From: Corallochytrium limacisporum Hawaii
Taxonomy: Eukaryota; Protista; Pluriformea
DNA length: 64,000 bases
Assembly: GCA_002811645.1 (NCBI GenBank)
Contig: PDIP01000002.1
Span: 7,683 to 71,682, forward strand
Direction: 5' to 3'
Shown here: positions 22,178-32,808 of the stretch, piece after piece
Layout: every line of letters starts with the position of its first letter
Position numbering within the stretch: position 1 is the stretch's first letter
Made by a program: the position numbers and the translations under genes
Notes under the pieces: generated by a model
What the model was told of the DNA's origin: nothing
The model's input: the letters and a program-made list of their open reading frames with translations, nothing else
The model's database searches: none

Positions 22178-25060
22178 ATGATGCAACTGGAAGCAGTTGC
22201 TAGTGAGGGGTTATCCCCAAGCATGAATGGCAATAAACCAGATGCGGGCAAGTGGACATGTGACGGTTGCACATTCCTAAATGGACCTTCCGAGGTACGG
22301 TGTGCCATGTGCTCCACTAAGAGACCTAGGCAGAGTGCAAAGAATGACAATCTCAACGAAGACAATTTGCTGCCCAGGCCAAAGCCAAAGAGAAAGCCAA
22401 GCACTCCAAAGCGGCCCAAGTCTCCGAAACCAAAGGCCGAACAAGCGCCACTACCTGTGGCTATCAAGACAGAGCAGCATGAAAACAATTCCAGCGGCAC
22501 AAAAGCAGCAGTAGAGATAGCGGCGAGCTCGTCATTGCTGCACGGTGGAAATAACCAGAACAGTGAGACGCCTTCGGCTGCGGGATCCGCCAAGGCAGAC
22601 AGTGTTTCCCTTACCCCGGCATCTTCAACCAATCAGGTCTACGACACGAAGCTGGAACAAGACTCGAATATGAGCAGTCAACTTGGAGACGATATGATCG
22701 TCACCCCTGAAAAGCGTAAGGCCGGAGAGGCCGGCTTTGAAACGCCAGACAGCGCCAAGAAACGGAAACCTACGAAACTGAGGCACCTGTCGTCGAGTCG
22801 CAAAGCCAAACTTTTGGAAGAATCCGCTAAGTCAATGATGGAAACAGCCACGTCACCGAGCAGAAAATCGAAATCTGCGGACCAGCACATGTTTCTTCCC
22901 AAGAGCAAGTGGCGCCGGGGTGCCCATGAAGCAGGAATCCGTAAGATTGGCACCAAGCTACTCGGAGATGACAAGAAACCCTTACCCTACCGTTTGGGAC
23001 CAAGTGCTAAACTATCAGCATTGCACTCGCAGGACCACTTTAGTCCAGAGGATGCTGAACTCTTCAGAAACATGATGTACGTCGAAACGTACGAGAATGG
23101 AGACGGTCAGGTTCTGCATGTTTACGCGGAAGACGTTGATCAGCTGCCCACTTGTAAGCGCGAGCTATTTGCCCGGTGCTACATTGAAGAGAGTCTTGCA
23201 GAGGACAACAATGGACACGCGTACTACTGTTTCTCAATCCTGCACCAAGGTGTTGCCAATCTGCCAAACATTATGCGCTACATTGCTACCTACCACGGCA
23301 ACCTCAAGGTAACGAAGGAGGTTTTTGGTAAGAACCTTGCTAAGTCTCTATCCATTGAAGAGTACGTGCACGAAGTTGATGAGACCTTTGACGCTGGTGT
23401 ACATCAAGCCGGACCTATGCGCAATATAAGTCTTGCGGGCACCGTCGGAGAAGAGACTGGCGCATACTACGAAGACGTCGTGGCGCTGATGGAACGAAGC
23501 CCGGAGATCAAGCTCGCCCTGCCATGGGGTGGTCTAAGCACTTACCACCAATATCATCCCACCACCAGCGACGACGGTCCTATTCTCTGGTGCCGTCCGG
23601 GCGAACAATACGCAGCTCTGAACGAATTGGGCAGCATCGACCATGAGCAGGCCCAAAGGAAACGTAAGGCCATGAATGATCTGCGAATCCGACCGCGCCA
23701 GGGGATTACTCGGGAGAAATTGATTGAGGATCGTACAGGCAGTCATGCTGATCACTGGGGTCTGTGGCCGCAGCGGAAGCCAATTGCAGCAGTAGCGTTC
23801 TTGCAAGGCGTGGAAAATGAGCCGGAGCACCGAGTGGTGAAGGATATCATTGCCTTCGCGTCCAAAGACTATGAGAAGGTAGCAACCCTGATTGGTCTAG
23901 ACTTTAACGAAGAACCGGTGGATCAACGCATTGACAAGGACATTTGGGTCGATGATGCAAAGCTGAACCGCCTGCGTCGTCAGAATGTGACTTTCGTGCG
24001 GCAAAGATTGCGTGCAGATGATCTGTATATCATCCCCCGCCGGGTAGTGCACCAGTTCCAGACAGTCTCTGCGTGCACATCTGTGGCATGGCATCTAAAA
24101 TATGCGGATCATTTTAACTACCTCTTGCACGAGGCGCAAGAAGCAGCTGCTGTGTCTGCGAAGGCTGAGGAGTCTACTGCCAAACTCGACGCGGAAGAGG
24201 CTGCTAAACTGGACACGGAAGAAGTTGCCAAATTGGAGTCGGAAGAACCTGCCAAACTGGACACAGAAGGTGTTGCTAAAGTGGACCAGGGAGTGGCACC
24301 ATTGGTGAAGAAGGAAGAGAATGAAGACACGGCAGAGAAGCAGAAGGCAGTGGAAGTTACCAGTGCTGGAGATATACCTGCAGGACCCATGTCAGCACGC
24401 AAATTGGAGTTTCCGCCATCATCGTCAACGTCGGATGTCCCTGCAGCTGCGCCTGGTTCTACCGCGGTAGCCGTGGAGAAGACCCTGCCAGTTCAGTCGG
24501 AGGGACCGGTCCGCTCAGCGTCCCCGACCGAGAGACCGGCTGCAGTACCACAGCCGCAGGCCATTGCGATCCAGCGTTCCATGCCAGAGCAGCCGTCTTC
24601 TAATCGCTCGTCTATCGGCAGGGATTCCTCTCGCAATATTCACCATAGTCCTGGTGGATCCAACACACAAAGCTCACGGCATCATGGTGACCGGGATCGG
24701 GTCTACAGTTGGCGCGACCGTCAGCAACATCGTCATTCACCTCACCACGGTGTACGCAGGGACTTCCGTGACACTGAGTCAAACGGCCGTCCGCGCGGCG
24801 ACTACCATGACCGTTACTACCGTGGTCCCGGAGGGAATGGTGATGCCTATCGCCGAGGCAACGACTACAACCGACGCCCACCGCCGCCGCCGCCGCCGCA
24901 CGACAGGCGGCCATATGAGCGCAGAGATCAGAGTGACGTCAGGGATCATCGGGCTGGCCTCGACAAGGACCGGCGTCCACATGCGAAGAAGCCTCTACAT
25001 GACATGAGAGCACAGCTTATGCGTCTATCATCATCCTCACCATCAAACTCCCAGCGGTAG
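22178..25060 (+). CDS. RSBN1/DPY-21-family JmjC-like histone demethylase with N-terminal RanBP2-type zinc finger
   Basis: WTCDGCTFLN....RCAMC zinc finger; GPMRNISL.G.VGEE.G.Y, SDDGPILW.RPGEQ, EDRT.SHAD, WVDDAKLN.LRR, IPR.VVHQF.TVSA..S.AWH. Confidence 0.87.
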   Translation: MMQLEAVASEGLSPSMNGNKPDAGKWTCDGCTFLNGPSEVRCAMCSTKRPRQSAKNDNLNEDNLLPRPKPKRKPSTPKRPKSPKPKAEQAPLPVAIKTEQHENNSSGTKAAVEIAASSSLLHGGNNQNSETPSAAGSAKADSVSLTPASSTNQVYDTKLEQDSNMSSQLGDDMIVTPEKRKAGEAGFETPDSAKKRKPTKLRHLSSSRKAKLLEESAKSMMETATSPSRKSKSADQHMFLPKSKWRRGAHEAGIRKIGTKLLGDDKKPLPYRLGPSAKLSALHSQDHFSPEDAELFRNMMYVETYENGDGQVLHVYAEDVDQLPTCKRELFARCYIEESLAEDNNGHAYYCFSILHQGVANLPNIMRYIATYHGNLKVTKEVFGKNLAKSLSIEEYVHEVDETFDAGVHQAGPMRNISLAGTVGEETGAYYEDVVALMERSPEIKLALPWGGLSTYHQYHPTTSDDGPILWCRPGEQYAALNELGSIDHEQAQRKRKAMNDLRIRPRQGITREKLIEDRTGSHADHWGLWPQRKPIAAVAFLQGVENEPEHRVVKDIIAFASKDYEKVATLIGLDFNEEPVDQRIDKDIWVDDAKLNRLRRQNVTFVRQRLRADDLYIIPRRVVHQFQTVSACTSVAWHLKYADHFNYLLHEAQEAAAVSAKAEESTAKLDAEEAAKLDTEEVAKLESEEPAKLDTEGVAKVDQGVAPLVKKEENEDTAEKQKAVEVTSAGDIPAGPMSARKLEFPPSSSTSDVPAAAPGSTAVAVEKTLPVQSEGPVRSASPTERPAAVPQPQAIAIQRSMPEQPSSNRSSIGRDSSRNIHHSPGGSNTQSSRHHGDRDRVYSWRDRQQHRHSPHHGVRRDFRDTESNGRPRGDYHDRYYRGPGGNGDAYRRGNDYNRRPPPPPPPHDRRPYERRDQSDVRDHRAGLDKDRRPHAKKPLHDMRAQLMRLSSSSPSNSQR
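24179..24286 (+). repeat. Coding 24-bp tandem repeat (AKLD(T/A)EEx, about 4.5 copies)
   Basis: gccaaactcgacgcggaagag / gctaaactggacacggaagaa / gccaaattggagtcggaagaa / gccaaactggacacagaaggt. Confidence 0.8.
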
Positions 25061-25503
25061 AGGGACGGGCACGCGAATCACAGATGATCCCGGTCAAAAA
25101 CTTCACAAATTTATCACAAAATGCATCCTTATTGTGGTCAGTATGATCTACAATCCATATGATGTGAAATGAAATATAAAATGATTGAATTCCAACGAAA
25201 AATCGGCCTGGCCGTTACTCCTGCCGAATCCGCTCTTGTTGGACGTCTTCCTTCGTCCCTCCCATATTTTGCCCAGGCGAGCCCTCACAAAGAACCCGCC
25301 ATATTTTCGAAGTTCCGCTACCGCACTCATTATAACCTTGGAGGCAGACCAAACGGTAGTTGGAAGAAAAGTTGAGCTACTTCCAATGTTTCGACACGGA
25401 CTGTCGCCATCTTATTCTACTTTTCTGTGTAGGACGCGCAGATTTCTACTCCACGACATTGTGAATATGTAGGTTTCCGGCAGGCGAACGGAGAAAGTGG
25501 ATT

Positions 25504-26401
25504 ATGTTGCAAGCAATCCTCATTAGCGATGGTGCTGGACGCATCCTCTTCAATGCTCAGTACACGGAGAACCAGAAGTGGCAGCCGCGTTTGTTAGCAC
25601 CACTGCTGCGAGTGCTCATGCATTTGTCTGGAGAATGTGTGGGAATGCCAATCGCAGAACTTGAATTGGAGGAGAGTATTCTCTGCTGTTGTAGCGATTT
25701 AAGCGGTACGTCCACGACATGCGTTATTGTTCTGGAAAATAGAGACGAGTATGACTCGCAATTGGGAAAGATTCTTGCCGGACAAACATTGCAATTGTTC
25801 GTGCAAGAATACAAGGAATATGTTGGCCTCCCCGCAGTAAACATGAAGGCCATTGAAAGCTTTCGGAAGCGGATATCAGAGGCATTAAGACGCAGTATGC
25901 GACCCGTCATAAACTCCCTGTTGGAACACCAAGGTAGTGATGTGGTTCTAGCGACCCTAGTTCAGGATGGAAAGATGTCGTATGCCACCGGACCTGTGGA
26001 CACAGTGTCAGTGATCGCGAACCTGTCTGCAGTGGAAAACTACGCAAACGAATTGCTGAGCAATGAAGGAGACTCAATGGCTGGTTTTGAACTGGTCACT
26101 GAACGACATAGCATCCGCAGCTACGCTATTGGTAGTGGTAGTCTGTTAGTAGTTTGTAAGGTGCCAGGAAATGCGCATGCAGAAACAGAAGAGCATGTAA
26201 GTCAGTGTTTGACGAAACTCAACAGAGGTAGGTGTACATAGAGTGGGCGGGCAGTTGGAGGGTCAATTGGACCCAAGAGAGAGTGGTGGACTTTGACGCT
26301 AACAATTTTGTACGGTTTTATCTATTTTATGAACAGTCATGGCCTTCCTTGAGACCATCACAGGTCAAGTTGCACACTCCCGAGAGGACTTTCATTTATA
26401 A
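25504..26401 (+). CDS. Uncharacterised protein, probable longin-like N-terminal domain; two exons (25504-26227, 26337-26401)
   Basis: Intron 26228-26336 (GTAGGT, branch GCTAAC 26298-26303, CAG) restores the frame to ...NRVMAFLETITGQVAHSREDFHL*. The start MLQAILISDGAGRILFNAQY resembles longin beta1-beta2. Confidence 0.7.
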
Positions 26402-26465
26402 CCCGGTCTAGAAAGACGTGTTCTGATGCGAATGTTTTCTAGTATAGTATATCAATATATGCCAA

Positions 26466-26822
26466 TTAATCCAAATGCGGCACCTTGGAATCAATAGGAT
26501 GTATTCCGTACTTGGCCACCTCGGCACTATTTTCCCGAAGGCCACGAAGACGCATAGAACTCTTCTGGAACATCTTCCAGAACACTGCAGACCCACCGAT
26601 CAGAAGTCCTGTACCCATGAACACGGGGTCTTTCCTCGGCAGGGCGTAGAGGCAATATCCGTAACACAGACCCATAATACCCACACTCTCCATGTAGTCA
26701 CTACCGTTAAAGTTCGACAATATACGACCCAAACTAGGATCGGGGTCCACAATGGGGTACTCTCCGCGCACAATTTGCGCGAGAGGAGAGTCAGTTGGAA
26801 TGGGCTTTCCCGCCTCCGACAT
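26466..26822 (-). CDS. Complex I accessory subunit of the NUXM / 20.9-21 kDa family
   Basis: YPIVDPDP...SDY...G..GG......QKSSMRLRGL.EN..EV.KY pattern of the fungal/plant subunit. Confidence 0.85.
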   Translation of the reverse strand: MSEAGKPIPTDSPLAQIVRGEYPIVDPDPSLGRILSNFNGSDYMESVGIMGLCYGYCLYALPRKDPVFMGTGLLIGGSAVFWKMFQKSSMRLRGLRENSAEVAKYGIHPIDSKVPHLD

Positions 26823-27852
26823 GATTGAACAAGAGTTTGTTTTGGTGCACCCACGGCCAAAGAAAGTTGTTTAATTTGTTATCCAATCTCAATTTCCGAG
26901 TTTCTGGATAAAACACCTTTTCAATAGGATTGGCACAGCGGTAGCCTTCAGTCCGGACGTCTACGTTCAATCCAAAACCACGGCTCGGCTTGTAACACTT
27001 GGATCACTGACTGCCAGGTATTGTCGCCCCGTGAACGTAAGCCACGACCAGTTCCCTCCTTACCACCCATGGCTCAGAATGTTTACCAGCGTTTTTGGGA
27101 TAGCTAGTGTGTACTATTGTGCCTCAGCCAGGTGGAGAACAAACGGACCCAATACTTTTAGTGCTGCCCACACCGTTTGATTCCTTAGATTTCTTCCGTG
27201 GGGCACTTTGAATCTGGCCGCCCAACTTGGATTGTCGTGGTGTTAAACCTGCCCCAGACCGACAGTTGTCAACATTGTCACTATGAGCGAAAATCAGTGT
27301 GTGCCACCACAAGCTTCCTCTGACCTCGCAATGCAAGTGACAGTGCACAACAGTGCCAAACACTCGAAACCATCAAAACCAATGTTTACCAGCTGGATTA
27401 AATAATATACGGACATGTCGCTGATTTCGGAGACATTTGCCGGAGATCCGATTTGTGGCGCTCCTCGGGTCTTCTCTGCTAGTAACCACTGTGGGGCCAT
27501 ATCTCGGTGATTCTATTTGGTTGGTTCCGCTGTGTCCACCATCGTCAATGTTACATTTCAGGCGGAGGCGGCTGCCGTACAATAATTAAGGTTTCGGGCC
27601 CTTTTTGTGCGCTTCTATTCCGACAGACCACGGGAGGACACAGAAATTATGTCAAATAGAGAGCATTTTAAGCTTCAATTGTATCACCGGACCCAGGGGT
27701 TCCGTTTATATTCAGCAGCCAAGGTCTATGGAGACAGCCCGACACGCTCTCACTGAGAACGGGCCATTTACCGTCGACCCGAGCTGTGGAAAAGAACATT
27801 CTTCAGCCCCCCCCCCCTCTCTCCAGCTTGCGACGCCGGAGAAGATGTCACA

Positions 27853-28128
27853 NNNNNNNNNNNNNNNNNNNNNNNNNNNNNNNNNNNNNNNNNNNNNNNN
27901 NNNNNNNNNNNNNNNNNNNNNNNNNNNNNNNNNNNNNNNNNNNNNNNNNNNNNNNNNNNNNNNNNNNNNNNNNNNNNNNNNNNNNNNNNNNNNNNNNNNN
28001 NNNNNNNNNNNNNNNNNNNNNNNNNNNNNNNNNNNNNNNNNNNNNNNNNNNNNNNNNNNNNNNNNNNNNNNNNNNNNNNNNNNNNNNNNNNNNNNNNNNN
28101 NNNNNNNNNNNNNNNNNNNNNNNNNNNN
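27853..28128. other. Assembly gap (276 N)
   Basis: Run of N with C homopolymer tracts on both sides. Confidence 1.
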
Positions 28129-28977
28129 CCCCCCTTTTTTCTTCGTTTCCTGTCGTAGAGACCATCATTTCCATTGGCCTAATCCAGTCAAATGGCACAG
28201 AAAGAGAAGGGACCAGAGTAGCGTTCCAGGCTACGGAGCTAGATCCATAGCACGAGTATGAGAACTCGGTGGGTGATGAAATCAAGACCCCCCCTTTCCC
28301 CCGTACTCATAGGCAGAATACGGAGAGTAGTCCCTTTTTTTTCCATGCTTCTCTTTTCCTTTTGGGCCATTCCAACTCCCAAAGTGGCCACTCGCAAAGG
28401 TGAGTTGGAAGACAAGAGGAGGTGAATTATTGCGAGAAAACAACAACACGTTGCGTTCATTTTGCATAGTTGGGAGAACGGTAGTGGCCAAGATTCCGCT
28501 TGACAACCTCAAGCACAACCTAGTCCCCGCCAGCTTCTCCTCGTCTACATTGCAAGAAGGGAGGAAAACTAGGGTAGGAACGTCGACTTGAGCCGTGAAT
28601 GATCATAGCGAGTGTATTGAATTGTGCTTCACACTCTCGTAAGGGGGAGGTGTTCCCCAAGTACCACTACGGACAGTCCGAAGGCCCAGTTGATGAGAAC
28701 GAGAGAAAAGTTGGGTCTGATTCCGAAGAGCACGTCTAGAGCACGAGCTGCGCTGGCTCCCTATTCTTGTGTGTATGTGCTATACCTTGACTCGCGCACG
28801 CCCTGATTTTTTTCAAACGGACTCTATGCTGTACGGTTTCTTCGGAATTGGTATTTGTGACACGTCGCACCTCATTAATCATTTGCACATCTCCGTTCGT
28901 CGTACCGCTTCAGATTCGGTTGACATCGTATTGCTTCGAGGTATCGAAGCGTGGACCAGAACCCTTGGACAACTATC

Positions 28978-30954
28978 ATGTTCCGTAACCTGGTTCTATC
29001 ATTGGCCCTTGCTGTGGCAACACAGACAAAGGCAGATAATGATTTGAACAAAGCAATTTACACAAGCTTTTCATATAATGCACCTTGTGTACTGTTACTG
29101 AATGCCGGAGGCGAAGCGGGCTGCGCCACCGGTATGGACGGTAACATCGGTACGATATTTCAGGTCGCAAACGCTGACGATCTGAACGAACTTATTGAAA
29201 ACGGTCCTAGGACTCCTTACGTGCCTCTTGTGGCAGATAACATGTGGAATCGGGACACCTATAACCAACTCGTGTCCAGCGGAAAGGTGAACGGCGCGCT
29301 GGTGTACAAGTCTGACATTCGACCTGCTGATAACAGTCCGGCGGACAAGTGCCCTAGCTGTGAGTTCGGGCCCTCTGGCATTGACACAACGTACGAATGG
29401 AATCCTGACGGTGGCGACCTGTTGGATGTACCAATTGCTTTCCCTGTGACCTTCCTTACCAATGACACGGATCAATCTACTGCGCAGGACTGTGCCAGCC
29501 AAAACTTCTTTACAAACGCTCAGGGTCAACAGGTTCATGCTGACTGGCCAGTTTGCAGTGGTCAGCTGGAGACGTTCATGCACGCCGCCGAAGATGCAGA
29601 GACCTGCCTACGTCTCCAACGCTGCGATCCCCTCGGCGCCGAGTCCATAGTTGGTTTTCTTCACCAACCTGCTTCGGGTGACCAGATCACAGTCATGACT
29701 GCCAAATTGGATTCCCGTGCCTTCTTCCACGACATCACCAATGGTGCTGATGATGCTGCCACTGGCATTGCTGCCCTTCTCGGCATCGTCGATGCCCTCG
29801 AGCAGGAGTACGCGCGAAATACAACGAAGTTCAGCGACAAGAACATTATGTTCGCTTTCTTGCACGGAGAGTCGTGGGATTACATTGGCAGCAGCCGGAT
29901 GGTAACCGCCCTCATTAATGACGGCGACTTCCCTGAAGGGCAAGTGAATGGCCAGGATGTGGATGCCATCACTATTAACGACATTGAGCGTGTTGTAGAA
30001 CTGCGCCAGATGCACGATCGCGGTACGTACTACGTTCACTCCCTGAATGAAACCAGCAGGACCGCCTTCTCCACTACTCCCCCTGGTGCCTCCACCGACA
30101 TAACCGTGGACGCTGCGTCTGCTACCCCGAACCAGCTCCCTCCGTCTTCGTCCCAGATGTTCCGGCGACTAGCACCAACAACGGACACCATTGTTTTTGC
30201 CAACCATGACCAGGTCTTCACGAACCCTTTCTTCTGGTCTCAATTTGACGACGACGTTAACATTGGTACTTCCAATCAGACGACCACAGGCACATTGTGT
30301 TCCATTGCAGACTACATTGCCCGGGTTACATTCTCCGAGATAACTGGCACGAACGTCAGTACGGACTTCGCCATCGATTGTACCCTCGTCTACAACATTC
30401 TAAACAGCTTCACAGTCGATATGAACAGTGACTACATTCGCACGCTCTTTGACGGTATTGCTGCTGCGCCTGAGGGACCTGCAAATTTCTACGTTGGTGT
30501 CTACGGAAATTCCTTTTTGACGCAGAGCTTGGTCTCAGCGCGCAATGAAACCTACGAAGCAGGTAGCCCATTTGATGCCATGAACGTGGTATACCGTCAG
30601 ATGGCCATCTCCCTGGCATCTGGTACCCCTGTTGCCACTGATGATGAAGGCCTATGCGACAGCCCTAGTATCGCTGCTGCGAGTATGTGCTACACAGCAC
30701 CCGTTATTCCGTATGCTGCACTGTCCCAGGGTCTTACTGCCTCGGGTAGCAAGTACGTCATTACGGACGATACCTTTTCAACGTGGACTGAATCCCGCTG
30801 GGACAATGGTACCCCGTCCATACGGAGCTTCAACCGCAATGATGCCCTTGCCGGTGGCCTTGTCCTGCTCGGTGGTTTCATTACCCTAGGGGTCAGCGCT
30901 GCTGTCACATACGGAGTCCATCTCCACATCAAGAACATTCTTACCCCCAAGTAG
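28978..30954 (+). CDS. NCSTN: Nicastrin (gamma-secretase subunit)
   Basis: Signal peptide, CVLLLN...GC, GESWDYIGSSRMV (DYIGS motif), LPPSS, STWTESRW and a single C-terminal TM helix. Confidence 0.96.
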   Translation: MFRNLVLSLALAVATQTKADNDLNKAIYTSFSYNAPCVLLLNAGGEAGCATGMDGNIGTIFQVANADDLNELIENGPRTPYVPLVADNMWNRDTYNQLVSSGKVNGALVYKSDIRPADNSPADKCPSCEFGPSGIDTTYEWNPDGGDLLDVPIAFPVTFLTNDTDQSTAQDCASQNFFTNAQGQQVHADWPVCSGQLETFMHAAEDAETCLRLQRCDPLGAESIVGFLHQPASGDQITVMTAKLDSRAFFHDITNGADDAATGIAALLGIVDALEQEYARNTTKFSDKNIMFAFLHGESWDYIGSSRMVTALINDGDFPEGQVNGQDVDAITINDIERVVELRQMHDRGTYYVHSLNETSRTAFSTTPPGASTDITVDAASATPNQLPPSSSQMFRRLAPTTDTIVFANHDQVFTNPFFWSQFDDDVNIGTSNQTTTGTLCSIADYIARVTFSEITGTNVSTDFAIDCTLVYNILNSFTVDMNSDYIRTLFDGIAAAPEGPANFYVGVYGNSFLTQSLVSARNETYEAGSPFDAMNVVYRQMAISLASGTPVATDDEGLCDSPSIAAASMCYTAPVIPYAALSQGLTASGSKYVITDDTFSTWTESRWDNGTPSIRSFNRNDALAGGLVLLGGFITLGVSAAVTYGVHLHIKNILTPK

Positions 30955-31247
30955 AGTTACAAAGGAAGACCCGCGAGTATTGTGGTCAGCAACTGAAACA
31001 GAATAAGCTAAAGTCAGAAAATATTACAAAGGCACTGTGTTCTTGTTTTGTCTTGAAAAATACAGTATTTGTACATATCGTACATTCGACTAGGAATTTG
31101 AAGAAAGTCACCATCAGCAAATACACTGAATGGACAACGAAAAATAGTCCAATTCTCTACAAAACTGTTCAATTCAATCATTTCTCCTAATTGAATTTCG
31201 TTCCAGATAAATGTTTAGATTGAATTTTATATTGTCTGTTGGCAGCA

Positions 31248-32525
31248 TCAGCGCTTTTGCTTAGCATGTATCGCTGCAACTTGCTCCGCAAGCGCCGGAC
31301 CACGAGTGCGGTTCATGATTTTGACATGTTTTGAAGCTGCACCATCCACGTCGAGACTTTCTTGTGCCGCGCAGTCTAGGCAAGAAGTGCCAGTCCGCAG
31401 ACCATTCATGTTCGCTTCCATAATTGAATATGCATCCATCACAATTGCACGCTTGATTTCCAACTCTCTTTGGATTTGGTATGTTGTCCGTTTGCAAAAG
31501 CCAACATCGCCTGGTGGGTAAATCCACCGAATTCCCTCAAAGCCAACATCAGAAAGAACCAGTGGATACGAATCTGCCAAATTATAATTTGGTGTGCCTT
31601 CAGAGTCCGACACTGCGAGTAATTCCTTGATGAGGTCTGGTTCTTCCAGTCTTTGGCCAATAAGGAATAAAACGGCAACCATGTTTCGGACTTGATGCCA
31701 CAGAAAGGCCTGCCCTGTTATTGTGAAATAGCAAATGTCTCCTGGGTGATTTGAATTCGATGGGGAATACAAATCGAAATGAGTAACTCGTCTCCTCATA
31801 TTTGGCTGTCGGCTATCCTGAGCAAGTGCTGGGTCCAATTTTGCAAAGTGACGAAAGTCATGATCCCCTTGGAAGTGCTTTACCGCTTCCTTCATCAGCG
31901 ACACGTCTAGGTTTCGCCTGTGGAAAAAGTACTTGTAAGTCCTATACATACAGCTGAAACGGGCATCCATGCTGTCATCGATAAAAGCATAGGCGTAAAC
32001 TCGTATCACTGCAGGGAGGTTAGCGTTGATCATTCTCAAATATGGCTGGTCATCTGTGCCTTGCTTAACTTCCCGAACTTGAAGTGTGATAACTTGGGTA
32101 ATGGCACTCACTCCCTTGTCTGTCCTTCCACAACGTTGATACAAAGCTGATTCCCGATCTTTGATTAATTTTGTCTTCAGGAGTGCGTTTAAGAGATATT
32201 TTTCCACTGTTTCTACCTGATCACCGATCTGCCCAGCAAACCCGCTATAGTCCCAGCCTAGGTAGCTGAGCTTCATAGCCACGTACCGAAATTTGCAGTT
32301 TTCCCATCTGAATGGTTTATCTTTCTTTCCTTTTCTGGACGATTCTGGAGGCTTTGTCACTTGTAGTTCCTTCAATTGGATGTTCGCCTGCTTGAGTTGC
32401 CGATTCTGCCTCTCGAGGTCCCTGATCCGGTTCTTCAGCTCCTGGATCCGTTCCCCTTCACTCTCTACCATAGTCATGATAAGCCTGTCATAGTATGTGT
32501 GTGTATTCAATTGATAATGTGTCAT
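31248..32525 (-). CDS. PUS3: tRNA pseudouridine(38/39) synthase
   Basis: YLGWDYSG, RCGRTDKGVSA, ARFSC..RTYKYFF, HDFRHF.K, AFLWHQVR; the true start may be Met at 32477. Confidence 0.93.
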   Translation of the reverse strand: MTHYQLNTHTYYDRLIMTMVESEGERIQELKNRIRDLERQNRQLKQANIQLKELQVTKPPESSRKGKKDKPFRWENCKFRYVAMKLSYLGWDYSGFAGQIGDQVETVEKYLLNALLKTKLIKDRESALYQRCGRTDKGVSAITQVITLQVREVKQGTDDQPYLRMINANLPAVIRVYAYAFIDDSMDARFSCMYRTYKYFFHRRNLDVSLMKEAVKHFQGDHDFRHFAKLDPALAQDSRQPNMRRRVTHFDLYSPSNSNHPGDICYFTITGQAFLWHQVRNMVAVLFLIGQRLEEPDLIKELLAVSDSEGTPNYNLADSYPLVLSDVGFEGIRWIYPPGDVGFCKRTTYQIQRELEIKRAIVMDAYSIMEANMNGLRTGTSCLDCAAQESLDVDGAASKHVKIMNRTRGPALAEQVAAIHAKQKR

Positions 32526-32808
32526 TCAGATAGTTATGTTGAGAGTCGCGAGCAGTCGGCCACACACCGACATTGAAAGTACCTGTCCTTCCAAATGGAG
32601 AGACGACCTCGAACGTACACTTTTCCTGCTTGGGCTGAGCGGGTCTTATTTTCCCTGGCGGTTCCGCAATGGCACATATGCCGACCGGGAGGGGGCCAGC
32701 CGAGGTCCCTGTAAAAAAACAAAGGTGGTACCGAAAGTCTCTTTGTGTTCAAAGGGGTTTAATTTGCATATTGAAAAGTGTATAAAACTTCGAACACACG
32801 CAGCATGC

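Noticed and set aside
27605-28285. ORFs spanning the N run
   Set aside because: Artefacts of translating through an assembly gap.
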